A stretch of 64,000 nt of DNA, taken from positions 2,656,001 to 2,720,000 of the forward strand of contig CBDBEV010000001.1 in assembly GCA_965204535.1 (NCBI GenBank), read 5' to 3'. Source of the stretch: a bacterium (GTDB lineage: Bacteria; UBA8248). This document shows, piece by piece, positions 61,038 through 64,000 of this stretch (position 1 is the first letter of the stretch; every line of letters begins with the position of its first letter). The notes below the pieces were generated by a model. The model did no database searches. It saw nothing but the letters and a program-made list of their open reading frames with translations, and had not been told where the DNA came from. Both the position numbers and the translations under genes were made by a program.

Positions 61038-61041
61038 ATTT

Positions 61042-61803
61042 TTGGCGCATCGAGGCGATGGATTCGCCGCCGTCATCCTTGCGGCCGGCGAGGGAAAACG
61101 CATGGGGTCCCCGCTGGCGAAGGTTCTGCATCCCGTGGGCGGGGAGCCCATGATCCGCCATGTCGTAACCATCGCGAGAGAGGCGGGCGCCCGGCCCATC
61201 GTCGTCGTCGTGGGCCATCAGGCCCGGGACGTTCAGGAGGCGTTTTCGGCCGATGATGCGGATACCGTCTTCACCGTTCAGGAAGAGCAACTCGGCACGG
61301 GCCATGCCGCCGAGGTCGGCTTGTGCGCCCTTTCGGCCAAGGCGAAACATCTATATCTCCTGTGCGGCGATGCGCCCTTGATACGAACGGCTACTCTAAA
61401 GCAGTTGGCCCGCCTTCATGTTGAGGCGGATGCGGTCGCCACCATGCTCACGGCCATCGCGGGGGAGCCGCACGGGTATGGCCGCGCCCTGCGCGAGGGG
61501 GCGGAACTCATCGGCGTGGTGGAGGAGGCGGACGCGACGGATGCGCAGAAGGAAATTATCGAGATCAACACGGGCGCCTACGCTTTCGAGGCCGCTTTCC
61601 TGCGCGCCGCCCTGCCGAGGATCAGGGCCGAGAACAAGCAGGGGGAGTACTACCTGCCCGACGTTTTCCCTATCGCGCGCGCCGAGGGCCGCGTTATCCA
61701 GGGCCTTGAGCTGGCGTCGCCCGAGGAGGCGCTGGGCGTGAACACGCCGGAGGACCTGCGCCGGGCGCAGGAAATTTACGGGAAGCGCCGGTTCAGGGGC
61801 TGA
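61042..61803 (+). CDS. GlmU N-terminal (uridyltransferase) domain-only protein
   Basis: ILAAGEGKRM, QEEQLGTGHA, GYGR, EINTG, NKQGEYYLPD, GVNT; stops before the hexapeptide domain. Confidence 0.85.
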   Translation: MAHRGDGFAAVILAAGEGKRMGSPLAKVLHPVGGEPMIRHVVTIAREAGARPIVVVVGHQARDVQEAFSADDADTVFTVQEEQLGTGHAAEVGLCALSAKAKHLYLLCGDAPLIRTATLKQLARLHVEADAVATMLTAIAGEPHGYGRALREGAELIGVVEEADATDAQKEIIEINTGAYAFEAAFLRAALPRIRAENKQGEYYLPDVFPIARAEGRVIQGLELASPEEALGVNTPEDLRRAQEIYGKRRFRG

Positions 61804-61825
61804 TGCGCGCAAGCCCTCCCGGTTT

Positions 61826-62287
61826 GGTGCTGTTGAAAAACCTTTGTCAAAGGAGCAACCCCCCCTACCCCCCCTTGTCGGTCTGTAGCAAGGACAGGCC
61901 CCCGTGCCTGTCCTTGCGAAGCGCAACCACGGGGATGGACATATCCGATACGGGCGGCCACAGGGGGCCGCCCCTACGGGTGAATGCGGTTTTGTTCGTC
62001 ATTCCGGCCTTGAGCCGGAATCCATTTGCCTTTCGTTTTTTTACGGGGTTGGTTTTGTAGGGACAGGTCGCGACCTGTCCCTACGGCGATCATGGGGTCT
62101 TCGTAGCTGTCCCACAGACCCGAGTGTCCGCCCGTTTCCATGACGACCGACTCCGAACGGGAGAACACACAGTCGGACATATATGTCCGACCCCTACGAA
62201 ATCCTTCCCCTTGAGAGCCGGGTATCTCCCCCTCCCCGGTCGGTTTCGTTCGCCGAATCACGAAATCGGGGGTTTTTCCACAACCCC
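61826..62287. mobile_element. Larger MITE-like mosaic with TIRs, containing several REP families
   Basis: GGTGCTGTTGAAAAACC ... GGTTTTTCCACAACCCC (14/17 inverted match). Contains the C-rich repeat, an inverted copy of the 38.8-kb core, GTCATTCCGGC..GCCGGAATCC and the 28-bp palindrome (62057-84). Confidence 0.6.
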
Positions 62288-62291
62288 GATT

Positions 62292-62300
62292 TGCTATAAT
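62292..62300 (+). promoter_or_regulatory. Extended -10 promoter for the nucleotidyltransferase-glmS operon
   Basis: TGCTATAAT (TGnTATAAT) about 78 bp upstream of the start. Confidence 0.55.
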
Positions 62301-62377
62301 TTCCCCCGCAAGATAGAAAAAGCGAGTGGAAGCGCCCGTTTCGGGGCGGATTTGTACGAATTTCAGGAAGGTATCTC

Positions 62378-63583
62378 GTGAGAGCACTGATTCTGGCGGC
62401 CGGCCGCGGGGCCGGTTTATATCCGTTTACGAATACCCGGCCCAAGGCGATGCTGCCGATGGCGGGCGAGATGCTCCTGCATTCGGCGCTCAAGAAAATA
62501 CGCGCCGCCGGCGTCAGCGATCTGGTCGTCGTCGTCGGTCACCGCGCCGACAGGATCATCAACGAATTCGGCCAGGGTTCGCGCTACGGGATGACGATTC
62601 AGTACATCCGCCAGGAAGAGCCCACGGGCATCCGGGACGCCATCCGGCTCGCGAACGGCCATTTTCAGGAGGATGAGTCGTTTCTGCTGGTCTACGCGGA
62701 CGTGCTGGCGTCGGAGAACATGTACCGCCAGGTCGTTCAGGCGTTCGGTTCTTTTCACCAGCCCGTGGCGGCGATTTGCCACACCCTCCATGCCCAGAAC
62801 TACGGCACGGTCTATCTCGGCAAGGACATGCAGATAGAGCGCCTGGTGGAAAAACCCGTGGAGCGCGAGGTGGGCAATTACGTGCTGGCCGGCGTGTTCG
62901 TCATGCCCTACCGGCTGTTCGATTTGCTCGAAAATCTCGAGATGGACGAGGCGTTCAACGAACTGTGCGCGGGCGAGGGGATTCGCTCCTCGATCTGGGA
63001 GGAACCCTGGCTGGACGCCCAGCACCCCTGGGATCTGCTCAAGGGAAACCAGATGGTCATGGACACCTGGAGCGAGGCCCGCGTGGACGGCAGCGTGCGC
63101 CTGCGGGGCGCGGTGCAGTTCCGGGGGCCCGTCGTGATCGAGAAAAACGTGGTGATCGAATCGGGCGCCTCCATCTTCGGCCCGTGCTTCATCGGGGAGA
63201 ATACGTTTCTGGGAAACGGGGTTCTGGTGCGCCCCTATACGTCCATCGGCGCGAACGCGACCATCGGCTTCGGCGTGGAACTCAAAAACTGTATCCTCTT
63301 CAACGGCGTCCGGGTGGGGCGCCTCTCCTTCGTGGGCGACAGCGTCGTCGGCGAGGACGCCGTGGTGGGCTCGGGTACGTTGACGCTGATTCAGAATCTC
63401 GACCAGTCCCCCATCATGGTGCCCATGCCGGAGGGTGAGGTCGATTCGGGCCTCGACAAGGTGGGCTCCTTCCTGGGCGACGGGGCGCTGGTCGGCGCCT
63501 CGAATACGCTGGCCTCGGGAACCGTCGTGCCGCCCGGCGAAGTCGTTCCGCATCACCATACCTATCCTCGGGGAGAGAACTAG
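62378..63583 (+). CDS. Bifunctional sugar-1-phosphate nucleotidyltransferase/acetyltransferase (archaeal GlmU-like)
   Basis: ALILAAGRG..PFTNTRPKAML, VEKP, PWDLL, C-terminal hexapeptide repeats; directly upstream of glmS. Confidence 0.8.
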   Translation: MRALILAAGRGAGLYPFTNTRPKAMLPMAGEMLLHSALKKIRAAGVSDLVVVVGHRADRIINEFGQGSRYGMTIQYIRQEEPTGIRDAIRLANGHFQEDESFLLVYADVLASENMYRQVVQAFGSFHQPVAAICHTLHAQNYGTVYLGKDMQIERLVEKPVEREVGNYVLAGVFVMPYRLFDLLENLEMDEAFNELCAGEGIRSSIWEEPWLDAQHPWDLLKGNQMVMDTWSEARVDGSVRLRGAVQFRGPVVIEKNVVIESGASIFGPCFIGENTFLGNGVLVRPYTSIGANATIGFGVELKNCILFNGVRVGRLSFVGDSVVGEDAVVGSGTLTLIQNLDQSPIMVPMPEGEVDSGLDKVGSFLGDGALVGASNTLASGTVVPPGEVVPHHHTYPRGEN

Positions 63584-63584
63584 C

Positions 63585-64000
63585 ATGTGCGGCATCGCGG
63601 GCATGGCGGCGAGCGCGAACGTCTCGCAAAAGCTCCTGCGCTCCATCGCGGCTCTCGAATACCGCGGATACGACTCCTGCGGCATGGCCGTCCAGAGAAA
63701 CGGGGCGATAGACATCCGAAAGAACGTGGGCACGGTGGAGGCGGTGAATTCCCTCGAGCGCTTCACGGACATGAAGGGCCTGGTGGGCATCGCGCATACG
63801 CGCTGGGCGACGCACGGCGGGGTGACGCAGGCGAACGCGCACCCCCACGCGGACAACGAGAGCCGTCTGGCCGTGGTCCACAACGGCATCATCTCGAACT
63901 ACAAGGAGCTCAAGGAGAGGCTCTCGCGCGACGGCGCGGCGTTCCGCTCCGAGACGGATTCGGAAGTCATCGCGCATCTGGTGGCGCAGAAAATCGCGCG
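63585..64000 (+). CDS. glmS: Glutamine-fructose-6-phosphate aminotransferase (runs off window end)
   Basis: Translated by hand: MCGIAG..., LEYRGYDSCG, GIAHTRWATHG, NAHPH, HNGIISNY, SETDSEV. Confidence 0.95.
   Translation, partial: MCGIAGMAASANVSQKLLRSIAALEYRGYDSCGMAVQRNGAIDIRKNVGTVEAVNSLERFTDMKGLVGIAHTRWATHGGVTQANAHPHADNESRLAVVHNGIISNYKELKERLSRDGAAFRSETDSEVIAHLVAQKIA

Overview
GC-rich bacterial chromosome segment (Gram-negative envelope: beta-barrel proteins, Tat, CcdA), mostly housekeeping and catabolic genes: rimO, csaA, ilvE-like, hydantoinase A/B, a liv-type ABC transporter, gpmI, an aminotransferase-serA-hisZ-purA operon, tatBC, paaK-thiolase-DUF35, and glmU-like genes with glmS. Intergenic spaces are crowded with GTAG-type REP hairpins and MITE-like elements. 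The most notable locus is 39.8-46.2 kb. Two divergent paralogous outer-membrane beta-barrel genes share ~360-bp inverted repeats at their 5' ends and ~90-bp inverted repeats at their 3' ends, and they enclose only two tandem intact tyrosine recombinases. A consensus sigma70 promoter straddles the right repeat boundary (-10 in the repeat, -35 on the internal segment), so inverting the internal segment would move expression to the other porin. This is a candidate recombinase-driven porin phase-variation switch; it is inferred from sequence and not shown. The window also holds two probable selenoproteins that the ORF track splits at in-frame TGA codons (PrdB/GrdB-like UxxC and UGSC family, each with a SECIS-like hairpin), tandem QueG/reductive-dehalogenase-like paralogues, a low-GC XRE/DUF4258-like islet, and a duplicated AT-rich non-coding element. 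All calls were made by eye without database searches.
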